Assembly: GCA_965219955.1 (NCBI GenBank)
Contig: OZ244799.1
Coordinates: 672,001 to 736,000 of the forward strand
DNA: 64,000 nt
Direction of reading: 5' to 3'
Origin: a bacterium
Lineage (GTDB): Bacteria > UBA8248
Part shown: in pieces, positions 9,732 to 19,840 of the stretch
Numbering within the stretch: the stretch's first letter is position 1
How the letters are laid out: the number at the start of each line of letters is the position of its first letter
The notes under the pieces: generated by a model
What the model saw: only the letters and a program-made list of their open reading frames with translations
Database searches by the model: none
Told to the model about the DNA's origin: nothing
Program-made: the position numbers and the translations under genes

Positions 9732-11522
9732 ATGAGCGATCCCTCAGGCCCGCTCGCCTTTCCCCGCAAGTGGACGCTGCGCCCCGTCGATCAGGAATCC
9801 GCCGATCAGCTTTCCCGGGAACTGAACCTCCCCCCTCTGATGGGAAAACTCCTCGCGCAAAGGGGCATCCAAAGCCCCGGCGAGGCGCGCAAGTTCCTGG
9901 ATGCCCCCCTCGCGGGATTGCACGACCCGTTTCTGATGAAAGGGATGGAAGACGCCGTCTCCCACCTCCTGGGGCAGATAAGAAACCGACGCCCCATCGG
10001 CGTTTATGGGGATTACGACGTGGACGGCATCTCCGCCACGGCGCTCATGTGCCGGTTTCTCTCCCAGGTGGGCGTCAGGGTTCCCTACTACATTCCGAGT
10101 CGCCTGGATGAGGGTTACGGCCTGCACCGCAAGGGCCTGGAAAAACTCAAGGAGGCGGGCTGCGACACGGTGGTGACGGTCGACTGCGGCATCAGCGCGC
10201 ATGCCGCCGCCAGAGAAGCAGAACAGATGGGCGTTCGCCTCGTCATCACCGATCATCACCGCCCGCCGGACGAGTTGCCGCCCTCCGTGGCCGTCCTGAA
10301 TCCCCGCCAGGCGGGTTGTGAATACCCCTTTCGGGGGCTCAGCGGGGTCGGGGTGGCGTTCAAGCTCGTCACCGCCGTGAGAAGGCGTTTGCATGAGGAT
10401 GGATTCGGGGCGCCGCTGCCGAACCTCAAGCAGCACCTCGACCTGGTGGCGTTGGGCACGGTGGCCGACGTGGTTCCCCTGCGGGACGAGAACCATATTT
10501 TCGTGCGCCACGGGCTCGAGATTCTCTCGCCCCCCGAAGTGGCCGAGGGCGGGTTCGAGACCCTGGATCGGCGAAAGGCGGGGATCCGCGCCTTACAGGC
10601 GGCGGCGAACCTCAAGGCCCAGGCGCTCAATGTGGGACACGTCTCCTTCACCCTCGCGCCGAGGCTCAACGCGGCGGGGCGGGTGGGGGAAGCCTCCTTC
10701 GGCGTCGAACTTCTCATCGCCGATGACGAGGGCCAGGCGCGCTCCCGCGCGGAGGTGCTCGAGGAGTGGAACCGTCAACGCCAGGTTTTGCAGCGGCAAG
10801 CCTGGGAGGAGGCGGTGGGCATGATGGAATCATCGGGGGGCGACGCCCGCGATGAGGCCATCGTGCTCGCGAGCGACAAATGGCACCCCGGCGTGGTGGG
10901 CATCGTGGCGGCGAAACTCGTGGAGGAGTATCACCAGCCCTCGGTTCTCATCCACGTCAGGGACGGGGTGGGGAAAGGCTCCGTTCGCTCGGCCATGGGT
11001 CTTCACGTGTACGAGGCGCTCGAGCGCTGCTCGGACTTTCTGATCCAGTTCGGCGGACACAAGGGAGCCGCGGGGCTGAAGGTGGCGGAGGAGAAGATAG
11101 ACGCTTTCAGGGAGCGCTTCTGCGAGGTGATTCGCGGGATGAAAAAAACCGGGCCGGATGAGCGTGAACTCATGCTCGACGCCCGCGTCGATTTTTCCGA
11201 AATGGACGCGCCGCTCTTGGAGCAATTCGAGGGCATGGCGCCTTTCGGGGAGGAGAACCCCCGGCCCGTGTTCTGCGCCTCAGGCGTCGAGGTGGCCGGA
11301 AGCCCGGGCTCCGTGGGCCGCGAAGGGGAGCACCTGAAGCTGAACTTGCGGCAGTTCCGCGAGGTGAGAGAGGCCATCGGCTTCGGCATGGGGGCGTTGC
11401 TCAAGGAGCCGGAACGCTTGCAGGGAAAGCTCGACGTGGCGTTCTCCCCCGGCCTGAACCGCTGGCGCGGAAACACCAGGATGCAGCTCGATATTCGCGC
11501 CATCCGTCCGGCGGGCGGCTAG
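9732..11522 (+). CDS. recJ: ssDNA-specific exonuclease RecJ
   Basis: YGDYDVDG, TVDCG, ITDHH, APRLNAAGR, FGGHKGAAG. Confidence 0.96.
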   Translation: MSDPSGPLAFPRKWTLRPVDQESADQLSRELNLPPLMGKLLAQRGIQSPGEARKFLDAPLAGLHDPFLMKGMEDAVSHLLGQIRNRRPIGVYGDYDVDGISATALMCRFLSQVGVRVPYYIPSRLDEGYGLHRKGLEKLKEAGCDTVVTVDCGISAHAAAREAEQMGVRLVITDHHRPPDELPPSVAVLNPRQAGCEYPFRGLSGVGVAFKLVTAVRRRLHEDGFGAPLPNLKQHLDLVALGTVADVVPLRDENHIFVRHGLEILSPPEVAEGGFETLDRRKAGIRALQAAANLKAQALNVGHVSFTLAPRLNAAGRVGEASFGVELLIADDEGQARSRAEVLEEWNRQRQVLQRQAWEEAVGMMESSGGDARDEAIVLASDKWHPGVVGIVAAKLVEEYHQPSVLIHVRDGVGKGSVRSAMGLHVYEALERCSDFLIQFGGHKGAAGLKVAEEKIDAFRERFCEVIRGMKKTGPDERELMLDARVDFSEMDAPLLEQFEGMAPFGEENPRPVFCASGVEVAGSPGSVGREGEHLKLNLRQFREVREAIGFGMGALLKEPERLQGKLDVAFSPGLNRWRGNTRMQLDIRAIRPAGG

Positions 11523-12679
11523 CCCGCGAGCGTATCCAGGGACTCCCTGTCGTCGGGCTTCATCGAAAACTCGTCAAAACCGGAGAGCTTCAGGTTTTTC
11601 GACAGCAGCATCACCTTGATGGCCCCGCCCAGACCGGTGGGGTCCATGATGCCCATGAGGGACTGGCGCTCGCGCCGTGTTTTTTCATCATCCTCGCCCT
11701 TCACGTTTTCCAGTGCCCGGGAAATGCCGGCCCCGAGAAGAAAGCGCGTCTGATCGGTGAAGCCCGCAAGTTCCATGCCATGCGGCGCGGCAGCCCGCAG
11801 GATGGAGGTGAAGTCGACGTGGGTGGTGAGGTCGGTCTCCCCCGGCCGTGAGAGCACGTCGCTCACGAGGGTGTGGTTTCTGTAGCCGCGCAGCGCGCCC
11901 TCCATGCGGGTGGGGCCGTAGAGGACGCGCGCGGAGAAGCCGTAGTCGAAGATCAGGACGGCGCCCCGCTCCATCCGGCGCGCCACCTCGCTCACCCAGT
12001 CGAAGGCGCACAGGTTCACCTCGGCCGTCTGATCGGCGGAGAGCCGGACCCCCAAATCGGAGAACCAGCCGTTCAGCCGCTCATCGGAGAGCGCGCTCTC
12101 GCAAAACTCGAGCCTCTCGCCGCGCCGCGCCACGTATCTCTCCTTCAGATACGGCCCTTCCTGGATGAGGGCGTGGATGGGCAGGGCGTCCAGGAACTCA
12201 TGGGCGAGTACGACGCCCTCGAAGCCTGCGGGCGGATACGGGGAAGCGTCGGCGAATCGAACCTCATCGGAGTCCCGGAATTTCTCCCGTATCCGCTTTC
12301 CCGCCTGCGCGCTTTGCTCGGCGAACGTATAGGCGATGGCCCGGTGGAGAGACGCCTGCGAGGAGCGAATCGCCTCGATGATGTCGAAGGCGAGCCATCC
12401 CTCGCCGGGGCCGTACTCCCAAACGGGAAGCGAGGGCGGCTCGCCCATGCGCCGCCGGGTTTTCTCGATTAGCGGCGCAATCATCCGCCCGAGCCAGGGG
12501 CTCTGGTGAGGCGAGGTGTAGAAATCGCCGCCTGCGCCGATGCGCGGGCTTTCCCGGCAATAATAGCCGCCCTCCGGGTGATAGAGGGCGATTTCCATGA
12601 AGCGGCGAAAGGGGATGGGGCCGTCTTCGAGCGCATCCGCCAGGGCCTGGGAGAGTTCGGGGTGAGAGGCGATTTTCAT
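11519..12679 (-). CDS. SAM-dependent methyltransferase, MidA/NDUFAF7 family
   Basis: FMEIALYHPEGGYY, GDFYTSP, EYGPGEG, HEFLDALP, DYG, DLTTHVDF. Confidence 0.88.
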   Translation of the reverse strand: MKIASHPELSQALADALEDGPIPFRRFMEIALYHPEGGYYCRESPRIGAGGDFYTSPHQSPWLGRMIAPLIEKTRRRMGEPPSLPVWEYGPGEGWLAFDIIEAIRSSQASLHRAIAYTFAEQSAQAGKRIREKFRDSDEVRFADASPYPPAGFEGVVLAHEFLDALPIHALIQEGPYLKERYVARRGERLEFCESALSDERLNGWFSDLGVRLSADQTAEVNLCAFDWVSEVARRMERGAVLIFDYGFSARVLYGPTRMEGALRGYRNHTLVSDVLSRPGETDLTTHVDFTSILRAAAPHGMELAGFTDQTRFLLGAGISRALENVKGEDDEKTRRERQSLMGIMDPTGLGGAIKVMLLSKNLKLSGFDEFSMKPDDRESLDTLAG

Positions 12680-12813
12680 GGCGCAGAGTATACACTTGGA
12701 CAAGACGGGCAAGAAGTGCGAGCCGGCCGGAGCATCCCCTTGATTCCGCCGGTTGGAATATCTATCATCCAGGAGTGAAATGACGAATCGCATCATCACG
12801 AATGAGGTATCGC

Positions 12814-13065
12814 ATGAAAGTTCGCGTGAAATGCTTCGCCTGGGCGAAAGAGGTGACGGGCGAGGACGAAATCGACCTGGAAGTCCCCGAGGGCGCTACG
12901 GTGGCCGATCTCAGGATTAGTCTCGCCGAGCGGTTTCCGGTGTTTTCCGGGCGCATGGAGTCCATCGCCGTCTCCGTCAACCAGGAGTTCGCGGGCGAGG
13001 GCACGCCGGTGGATGCGGGCGATGAACTGGCGTTGATCCCGCCCATCAGCGGGGGTTGCGCATGA
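12814..13065 (+). CDS. moaD: Molybdopterin synthase sulfur carrier subunit
   Basis: VKCFAWAKE...VSVNQEF...DELALIPPISGG plus two extra residues (CA). Confidence 0.9.
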   Translation: MKVRVKCFAWAKEVTGEDEIDLEVPEGATVADLRISLAERFPVFSGRMESIAVSVNQEFAGEGTPVDAGDELALIPPISGGCA

Positions 13066-13523
13066 TTTGCCGCATCACCGATTCCCCCATCGACATGGAC
13101 GAGTTGACGGACAGCCTCGATTCCCCCGAACTGGGCGGGCTCTGCACGTTCGTGGGCAAGGTCCGCAACCACAGCGCGGGGCAGGGGGTCACGCATCTCG
13201 AGTACCACGCCTATCCCGAGATGGCGGAGAAGAAGATGCGCCAGGTCGCCGGGGAGATCGAAGAGCGCTTCGGCGTCGCGCACCTGGCGATGGCCCACCG
13301 GGTCGGAACCCTCGCCATCGGCGATATCGCGGTGGGCATCGCGGCGGCCTCCGCCCACCGGGACGCGGCCTTCAAGGCGTGCCGCTACGCGATCGACCGC
13401 ATCAAGCAGATCGTGCCGATATGGAAGAAGGAGTACGGCGAAGACGGCGTGGCCTGGGTGGAGGGCTGCGCGGTGGACGCCGAGACGGCGGAACCTCAAA
13501 AAGCGCAAAATCAGCGCGTTTGA
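13062..13523 (+). CDS. moaE: Molybdopterin synthase catalytic subunit
   Basis: FVGKVRN, LEYHAYPEMA, HRVG, SAHR, VPIWKKE; ATGA overlap with moaD. Confidence 0.95.
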   Translation: MICRITDSPIDMDELTDSLDSPELGGLCTFVGKVRNHSAGQGVTHLEYHAYPEMAEKKMRQVAGEIEERFGVAHLAMAHRVGTLAIGDIAVGIAAASAHRDAAFKACRYAIDRIKQIVPIWKKEYGEDGVAWVEGCAVDAETAEPQKAQNQRV

Positions 13524-13735
13524 CTTTTTTCCCCTTCAAGCTAGAATTCATCTAAACCTCTAATGAATCGCGTCGCCCGGCGGCGTTAAGCGTCTTTTGC
13601 AATTCTTTTTGTTTCGTGTCTTGTCGATACGTGCAAACAGAGCTTCGATTCATCCTGCTTTGGAAGCATTTGAAGAAAGGGCGAATTTCCGCCGCGAGAT
13701 TCAAGGGTTTTCCCACAGATCAAGGAGGATAGAAA

Positions 13736-14929
13736 ATGAAAGTGGTTCGCATCTTCATTACAATCGCATTTTTGGTGACGACGGCGTTCTTCGCCAGCCC
13801 GGCATTGTCGGCGAATGAAATCCACCTGGGCGGAGCCATCTCCCAGACGGGCCGCTATGCGGAGCCGGCCGGCAGGTTCGTTAATGCCTACAAGCTGTAT
13901 ATCGACCAGCTGAACGCCAAGGGCGGTCTGCTGGGCAAGAAGATTAAAGTCACGCTCCTGGATGACAAATCGGACAAGCAGACCAGCATCAAGCTGTATG
14001 AGAAGCTGATCACGCAGGACAAGGTCGACATCACGCTCGGCCCCTATTCGAGCGGCATCACCGACGCAGTGGCCAACGTTCTCGAAAGATACAAGTACCC
14101 CACGCTGGCGCCGGGCGCCTCCTCGGGCATCATCTGGAAGAAAGGCAGAAAGTACCTTTTCAACCAGAACGCCATCGCCCAGAACTATCAAAGAGGCGCG
14201 ATGTTCCTCGCCAAGGACATCGGCGTGAAGCGGGTCGCCATCGTCGGCGAGGACAGCCTCTTCCCGCGCCAGTCGGCGGAGGGCGCAGTTCACTGGGCGA
14301 AGCATCTCGGCATCAAGGTGGTGCTGAACGAGAACTATACGCGCAAACAGACCGACTTCACCGCGCTGCTCCAGAAGATCAAGGCGCGCCGCGCGGAGGC
14401 GCTCATCTCGAACAGCTACTTCGCGGACGCCGTGGCCCAGATTCGCCAGCTTCGCGAACTGAACATCAACCTCAAGATTTTCGCCGGAACCGTCGGCCCC
14501 GGCCTGCCCAAGTTCGCCAAACAACTCGGCAACACGGCGGAATACGTGCTGGGCTTCAGCCAGTGGGAGCCGCGCCCCGAGATACTGAAATTCCCGGGGA
14601 TGAAGCATTTCATCGACTCCTATGTGAAGCGTCACGGCGTCAAGCCGAACTACCACGCCGGAATCGCCTGGGTGTCGATGCAGATCATGAGCCAGGCGAT
14701 AGCAAAGGCGGGTTCTCATGATCGCCAGAAGGTCTGGCAGACGCTGCGCACCTCTCAGTTCCAGACTGTCATGGGAAAATGGAAAGTGGACGAGAACAAC
14801 CTGAACGATCATGACGGCCTGACCTTCCAGATTCTCGACGGCCAGCGCAAGATCGTCTGGCCGAAGAAGATCGCGGAAGTTCCCTACAAGCTGCCGATGC
14901 CCAAGTGGAAGGACAGGGCCAAGAACTAG
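13736..14929 (+). CDS. Branched-chain amino acid-type ABC substrate-binding protein, paralog 1
   Basis: Signal peptide; SQTGRYA, DDKSD, LGPYSSG; upstream of livHMGF-type genes. Confidence 0.9.
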   Translation: MKVVRIFITIAFLVTTAFFASPALSANEIHLGGAISQTGRYAEPAGRFVNAYKLYIDQLNAKGGLLGKKIKVTLLDDKSDKQTSIKLYEKLITQDKVDITLGPYSSGITDAVANVLERYKYPTLAPGASSGIIWKKGRKYLFNQNAIAQNYQRGAMFLAKDIGVKRVAIVGEDSLFPRQSAEGAVHWAKHLGIKVVLNENYTRKQTDFTALLQKIKARRAEALISNSYFADAVAQIRQLRELNINLKIFAGTVGPGLPKFAKQLGNTAEYVLGFSQWEPRPEILKFPGMKHFIDSYVKRHGVKPNYHAGIAWVSMQIMSQAIAKAGSHDRQKVWQTLRTSQFQTVMGKWKVDENNLNDHDGLTFQILDGQRKIVWPKKIAEVPYKLPMPKWKDRAKN

Positions 14930-15024
14930 GCAGGTGGCTTGTATGGCGAAAGTTGTTCAACCGTAGCGCGTCGTATTGTGATGGCGGCGCAACCTTTGAG
15001 CTTCCATAAAGAGGAGGATCGGAG

Positions 15025-16221
15025 ATGAAGAAAAGCCTTGTTTTGGTTCTCGGCTTTGCTCTCGCCCTCACGGCCGCTCCCTTCGTGGAGAAAGGCTTTG
15101 CGGCGGACAAGGTCACCCTGGGGATCGCCATTTCGCAGACGGGCCGCTATGCCGAACCCGCCGGGCGTATGGTGAACTCCTACAATCTGTATGTGGACCA
15201 GATGAACGCCAAGGGTGGTTGGCTCGGCAAGAAAATCGATATGATCATCCTGGACGACAAATCGGACAAGCAGACCAGCATCAAGCTCTACGAGAAACTG
15301 ATCACGCAGGACAAGGTGAACCTGACCATGGGGCCCTACTCGAGCGGCATCACCGACGCCGTGGCCAACGTGCTGGAGAGGTACAAGTACCCCACGCTGG
15401 CGCCGGGCGCCGCCTCGGGCATCATCTGGAAGAAAGGCCGCAAGTACCTCTTCGACATCATCGCGGTCGCCCAGGACTACCAGAAGGGCGCGCTCCACAT
15501 CGCCAAGGAAATCGGCGTGAAGCGCATCGCCATCATCGGCGAGGACAGCCTCTTCCCGCGCCAGTCGGCGGAAGGCGCCGTGGATTGGGCGAAGAAGCTC
15601 GGCCTCAAGGTGGTTCTGAACGAGAACTATCCGCGCAAACAGACCGACTTCACCGCGCTGCTTCAGAAGATCAAGGCGCGCCGCGCGGAGGCGCTCATCT
15701 CGAACAGCTACTTCGCGGACGCCGCGGCGCAGATTCGCCAGCTTCGCGAACTCAACATCAACCTCAAGATTTTCGCCGGAACCGTCGGCCCGGGCCTGCC
15801 CAAGTTCGCCAAGCAGCTCGGCAACACGGCCGAATACGTTCTGGGCTTCAGCCAGTGGGAGCCCAAGCCGGAAATCCTCAAGCGGCCCGGCATGAGGGCT
15901 TTCATCGCGGCCTACAAGAAACGCTACGGCGTGGATCCGAACTACCACGCGGGCCAGTCCTATGCGTCCATGCAGGTTTTCGGCGAAGCGGTGAAACGAG
16001 CAGGCTCCATTGACAGGGACAAGGTGTGGAGGACGATGCGCACGATGAGCACCACGACCATCATCGGTCCCTGGAAAGTGGACGACACCAACATGAACAA
16101 CCACGAGGGCTTGACCTTCCAGATACTCGACGGCCAGCGCAAGATCGTGTGGCCCAAGAAGATATCGGAAGTCTCCTACAAGCTGCCGATGCCCAAGTGG
16201 AAGGAAAGAGCCAAGAACTAG
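15025..16221 (+). CDS. Branched-chain amino acid-type ABC substrate-binding protein, paralog 2
   Basis: Same motifs; RBS GAGGAGG. Confidence 0.9.
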   Translation: MKKSLVLVLGFALALTAAPFVEKGFAADKVTLGIAISQTGRYAEPAGRMVNSYNLYVDQMNAKGGWLGKKIDMIILDDKSDKQTSIKLYEKLITQDKVNLTMGPYSSGITDAVANVLERYKYPTLAPGAASGIIWKKGRKYLFDIIAVAQDYQKGALHIAKEIGVKRIAIIGEDSLFPRQSAEGAVDWAKKLGLKVVLNENYPRKQTDFTALLQKIKARRAEALISNSYFADAAAQIRQLRELNINLKIFAGTVGPGLPKFAKQLGNTAEYVLGFSQWEPKPEILKRPGMRAFIAAYKKRYGVDPNYHAGQSYASMQVFGEAVKRAGSIDRDKVWRTMRTMSTTTIIGPWKVDDTNMNNHEGLTFQILDGQRKIVWPKKISEVSYKLPMPKWKERAKN

Positions 16222-16266
16222 GGACAGAAGAGATAGACAAAGGTTGTGACAGGGCAGCATATCGAC

Positions 16267-16304
16267 TCCCGCCCCGCGTTCGGTTTCGCGCGGGGCGGGA
16301 ATTT
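16267..16304 (+). terminator. Strong hairpin after paralog 2 (terminator or mRNA stability element)
   Basis: TCCCGCCCCGCG-N10-CGCGGGGCGGGA followed by ATTTT. Confidence 0.55.
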
Positions 16305-16357
16305 TACCGCAGAGAAAGTTTTTAAGGACGGTATTATAATTTGTTGAATAATTCCCT

Positions 16358-16385
16358 TTGACATCTGAAGCGATATGCGTATCAT
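16358..16385 (+). promoter_or_regulatory. Putative sigma70 promoter for paralog 3 and the permease genes
   Basis: TTGACA-16 nt-TATCAT in an AT-rich 330-bp spacer. Confidence 0.55.
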
Positions 16386-16551
16386 AACCGACTGTTCAGC
16401 AAATCTGGTGGTGCGCATCCGGAACTACGCGCGATGATTGTTTATAAGGAATAATCTGATTGAGCGCGTTGTTGCTGGTCATGTGCGAGCAGTAAGTTCA
16501 TTTTTTTGTTACAAGGCAGGATTATTGTTTTCATTAGGAGGAGTGCAAGAA

Positions 16552-17748
16552 ATGAAGAAATGCTTGGTTTTGGCTCTCGGCTTTGCTCTCGCCCTGACGG
16601 CTGCTCCCTTCGTGGAGAAAAGCCAGGCGATGGACAAGGTCACCCTGGGAATCGCTATTTCGCAGACGGGCCGCTATGCCGAACCCGCCGGACGTATGGT
16701 GAACTCCTACAAGCTGTATGTTGATCAGGTGAACGCCGGTAAAGGCTGGAACGGGAAGAAAATCGACTTCAGCATCCTGGACGACAAATCTGACAAGCAG
16801 ACGAGCATCAAGCTCTACGAGAAGCTGATCACGCAGGATAAAGTGAACCTGACCATCGGTCCCTACTCGAGCGGCATCACCGACGCCGTGGCCAACGTGC
16901 TGGAAAGGTACAAGTACCCCACGATGGCGCCGGGCGCCTCCTCGGGCATCATCTGGAAGAAAGGCCGCAAGTATCTGTTCAACATCATCGCCGTCGCCCA
17001 GGACTATCAGAAGGGCGCGATTCACCTCGCCAAGGAGATCGGCGTGAAGCGCATCGCCATCGTCGGCGAGGACAGCCTCTTCCCGCGCCAGTCGGCGGAA
17101 GGCGCCGTGGAGTGGGCGAAGAAGCTCGGCCTCAAGGTGGTGCTGAACGAGAACTATCCGCGCAAGCAGACCGACTTCACCGCGCTGCTTCAGAAAATCA
17201 AGGCGCGCCGCGCGGAGGCGCTCATCTCGAACAGCTACTTCGCGGACGCCGCGGCGCAGATTCGCCAGCTTCGCGAGCTCAACATCAACCTCAAGATCTT
17301 CGCCGGAACCGTCGGCCCGGGCCTGCCCAAGTTCGCCAAGCAGCTCGGCGACACGGCCGAATACGTTCTGGGATTCAGCCAGTGGGAGCCCAAGCCGGCC
17401 ATCCTCAAGCGGCCCGGCATGAAGGAATTCATCGCGGCCTACAAGAAACGCTACGGCGTGAACCCGAACTACCACGCGGGCCAGTCCTATGCGTCCCTGC
17501 AGATTTTCGGCGACGCGGTGGCGAAAGCAGGCTCCGCGGACCGGGTCAAGGTGTGGAAGGCGCTCCGTACCATGAAGACCACGACCGTCATCGGTCCCTG
17601 GAAAGTGGACGAGAACAACCTGAACCAGCATGAGGGCTTGACCTTCCAGATTCTCGACGGCCAGCGCAAGATCGTGTGGCCCAAGAAGATTTCGGAAGTC
17701 TCCTACAAGCTGCCGATGCCGAAGTGGAAGGAAAGAGGCAAGAACTAG
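16552..17748 (+). CDS. Branched-chain amino acid-type ABC substrate-binding protein, paralog 3
   Basis: Near-identical to paralog 2; RBS AGGAGG before ATG 16552. Confidence 0.9.
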   Translation: MKKCLVLALGFALALTAAPFVEKSQAMDKVTLGIAISQTGRYAEPAGRMVNSYKLYVDQVNAGKGWNGKKIDFSILDDKSDKQTSIKLYEKLITQDKVNLTIGPYSSGITDAVANVLERYKYPTMAPGASSGIIWKKGRKYLFNIIAVAQDYQKGAIHLAKEIGVKRIAIVGEDSLFPRQSAEGAVEWAKKLGLKVVLNENYPRKQTDFTALLQKIKARRAEALISNSYFADAAAQIRQLRELNINLKIFAGTVGPGLPKFAKQLGDTAEYVLGFSQWEPKPAILKRPGMKEFIAAYKKRYGVNPNYHAGQSYASLQIFGDAVAKAGSADRVKVWKALRTMKTTTVIGPWKVDENNLNQHEGLTFQILDGQRKIVWPKKISEVSYKLPMPKWKERGKN

Positions 17749-17879
17749 ACGGGTTGCATTTAGGGCGAAAATGCCATAAACATCTGAACTTTCGCACCGG
17801 GGCTGTTAAAAGCGGCCCCGGCGCGAAAGTGAAAATATCGGACTTTTTTGTGTCTTAGTCTGAGGGGACTCGATCTCTC

Positions 17880-18869
17880 ATGCAGGAAAAAGCGGAAATC
17901 CGTAGCAAATACTGGCTGGCCGTTTTTTTGGTCGCGGCGTATACCATTCCATTCGGTGTTGGTATTTATACGGACAATGTCTTTTTCGATCTTCAGTGGC
18001 TGGCGGACCTGACCACCGTCATCCTGAACGGCATCATGCAGGGCGGTGTGTACGCCATGTTCGCCGTGGGGCTCACGCTCATCTTCGGCGTCATGCGCAT
18101 CATCAACGTGGCGCATGGCGAGCTGGTGATGCTGGGCGCCTACCTGACCTGGATGTTCTTTTTCTATGTGGGAATCGACCCGCTCCTCGCCCTGTTCCTC
18201 ACGCTCCCCATCGCTTTCTGCATCGGGCTCCTCATCCAGAAGCTGCTCTTGAACGCCGTGGTGGGCGGGCCGGAACTGACGCCCTTGCTGATAACCTTCG
18301 GCTTGGGGCTCACGATTATTCATATCGTCGAAGCCATCTTCACCACGGATTACCGCACCATCCCCTATGCGCCCGACGCGTTCCAACTCACCGAGACCAT
18401 CGCGGTGAGCAGGAGCAAGATCATCAGCTTCGTGATGGCCGCCTTTATATCCATCAGCGTCTTTGTTTTTCTGAAACTCCACCGTCTCGGCAAGGCGATA
18501 CGCGCGACGGCGCAAAACGCGGACGTCGCCATGGTCTGCGGCATCAACATTTTCCATATCTACATGATCACCTCGGGACTGGCGGCGGCGCTTGCGGTGG
18601 CGGGCGGCGCGCTCGTGTCGATTCAGTTCGGCTTCAACCCGGAAACGGGCGTCTTGTATACGCTGCAGGCCTTCGCCATCATCGTGCTCGGAGGCAGGGG
18701 CCACTATATCGGTGCGCTCATCGGAGGGGTGATGCTCGCGGTCATCGAGAGCCTCATCTCCTTCATGATCCCCAACGGCACCGCCATGGTGGAAATTGCG
18801 TCCTACGGGATGATGGTTTTCGTGCTGCTTATCAGGCCTCGCGGCCTGATGGGGCCGAAAGAAAACTAG
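17880..18869 (+). CDS. livH: Branched-chain amino acid ABC permease, LivH-like
   Basis: GLTLIFGVMRIINVAHGE, GKAIRATAQN. Confidence 0.88.
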   Translation: MQEKAEIRSKYWLAVFLVAAYTIPFGVGIYTDNVFFDLQWLADLTTVILNGIMQGGVYAMFAVGLTLIFGVMRIINVAHGELVMLGAYLTWMFFFYVGIDPLLALFLTLPIAFCIGLLIQKLLLNAVVGGPELTPLLITFGLGLTIIHIVEAIFTTDYRTIPYAPDAFQLTETIAVSRSKIISFVMAAFISISVFVFLKLHRLGKAIRATAQNADVAMVCGINIFHIYMITSGLAAALAVAGGALVSIQFGFNPETGVLYTLQAFAIIVLGGRGHYIGALIGGVMLAVIESLISFMIPNGTAMVEIASYGMMVFVLLIRPRGLMGPKEN

Positions 18870-18880
18870 GAGAGACCTGA

Positions 18881-19819
18881 ATGGCCCAAAATGAACACCT
18901 CCGCAATTTCGGAATGCTGGCCATACTCATAATCGTCCTGTGCGCGTTGCCGTCGAATATCAATCTGTATCAGCGCTCTGTCATCATGTTCACGATGATG
19001 TACGTCGTTCTCTCCTTGAGCTGGAACATCATCAGCGGCTACACGGGCTACGTGTCGTTCGGCCACGTGATGTTCTACGGCATCGGCGCCTACGCCACGG
19101 GAATTCTTGTGGTGGACTACGGATGGCACTGGATTGCGACCCTTTTCGTAGGCGTGTTCGTATCCTTCGTGGTCTCGTTGATAATCGGGTTTCCGGTTTT
19201 GCGTCTCAAAGGCCCTTATTTCGCCATCGCCATGCTCGGCGCGGCGGAAGGCACGCGCGTGGTGGCCACGGTGTGGGAGGACCTCACCCACGGCGGCGAG
19301 GGAATCGGACTGCCCAACATCGAAAACTCCTTTGAAACGTATTTCGCCATGCTGGTGGTCATGCTGGCCACCATTGTCGTGTCCTATTGGGTGGGGCATT
19401 CGAGGTTCGGGATCCGCCTGAACGCCATACGCGAGGACGAAATCGCCGCGGAGAGCCTGGGCATCAACACCACGTTCTACAAGCTTTCCGCCTTCGCTCT
19501 TTCCGCCATTTTCCCGGCGGCGGCCGGCGGCATTCAGGCGTACAAGGTTCTCTACATCGACCCCGAAACCGAGTTCTTCATCCTCGTCACCATCTACATG
19601 AAGCTCTTCGCCATGTTCGGCGGCAAGGGAACGGTGATCGGGCCCATTCTGGGCACATTCATCTTGTATATCGTTCAGGAAATTACCTGGGTGAAATTCC
19701 CGACGGCTCACCTCATCGCCTTCGGCGTCTTCATCGTCCTCGTGGCCCGGTTCATGCCGCGCGGGCTGATGGGATACGCCATCGACAAGGGCTGGGCGCG
19801 CAAGGGAATGGTTCACTAG
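18881..19819 (+). CDS. livM: Branched-chain amino acid ABC permease, LivM-like
   Basis: WNIISGYTGYVSFGH, LRLKGPYFAI, AIREDEIAAESLG. Confidence 0.88.
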   Translation: MAQNEHLRNFGMLAILIIVLCALPSNINLYQRSVIMFTMMYVVLSLSWNIISGYTGYVSFGHVMFYGIGAYATGILVVDYGWHWIATLFVGVFVSFVVSLIIGFPVLRLKGPYFAIAMLGAAEGTRVVATVWEDLTHGGEGIGLPNIENSFETYFAMLVVMLATIVVSYWVGHSRFGIRLNAIREDEIAAESLGINTTFYKLSAFALSAIFPAAAGGIQAYKVLYIDPETEFFILVTIYMKLFAMFGGKGTVIGPILGTFILYIVQEITWVKFPTAHLIAFGVFIVLVARFMPRGLMGYAIDKGWARKGMVH

Positions 19820-19840
19820 GAAACGGAGCAACGCGAGAAA

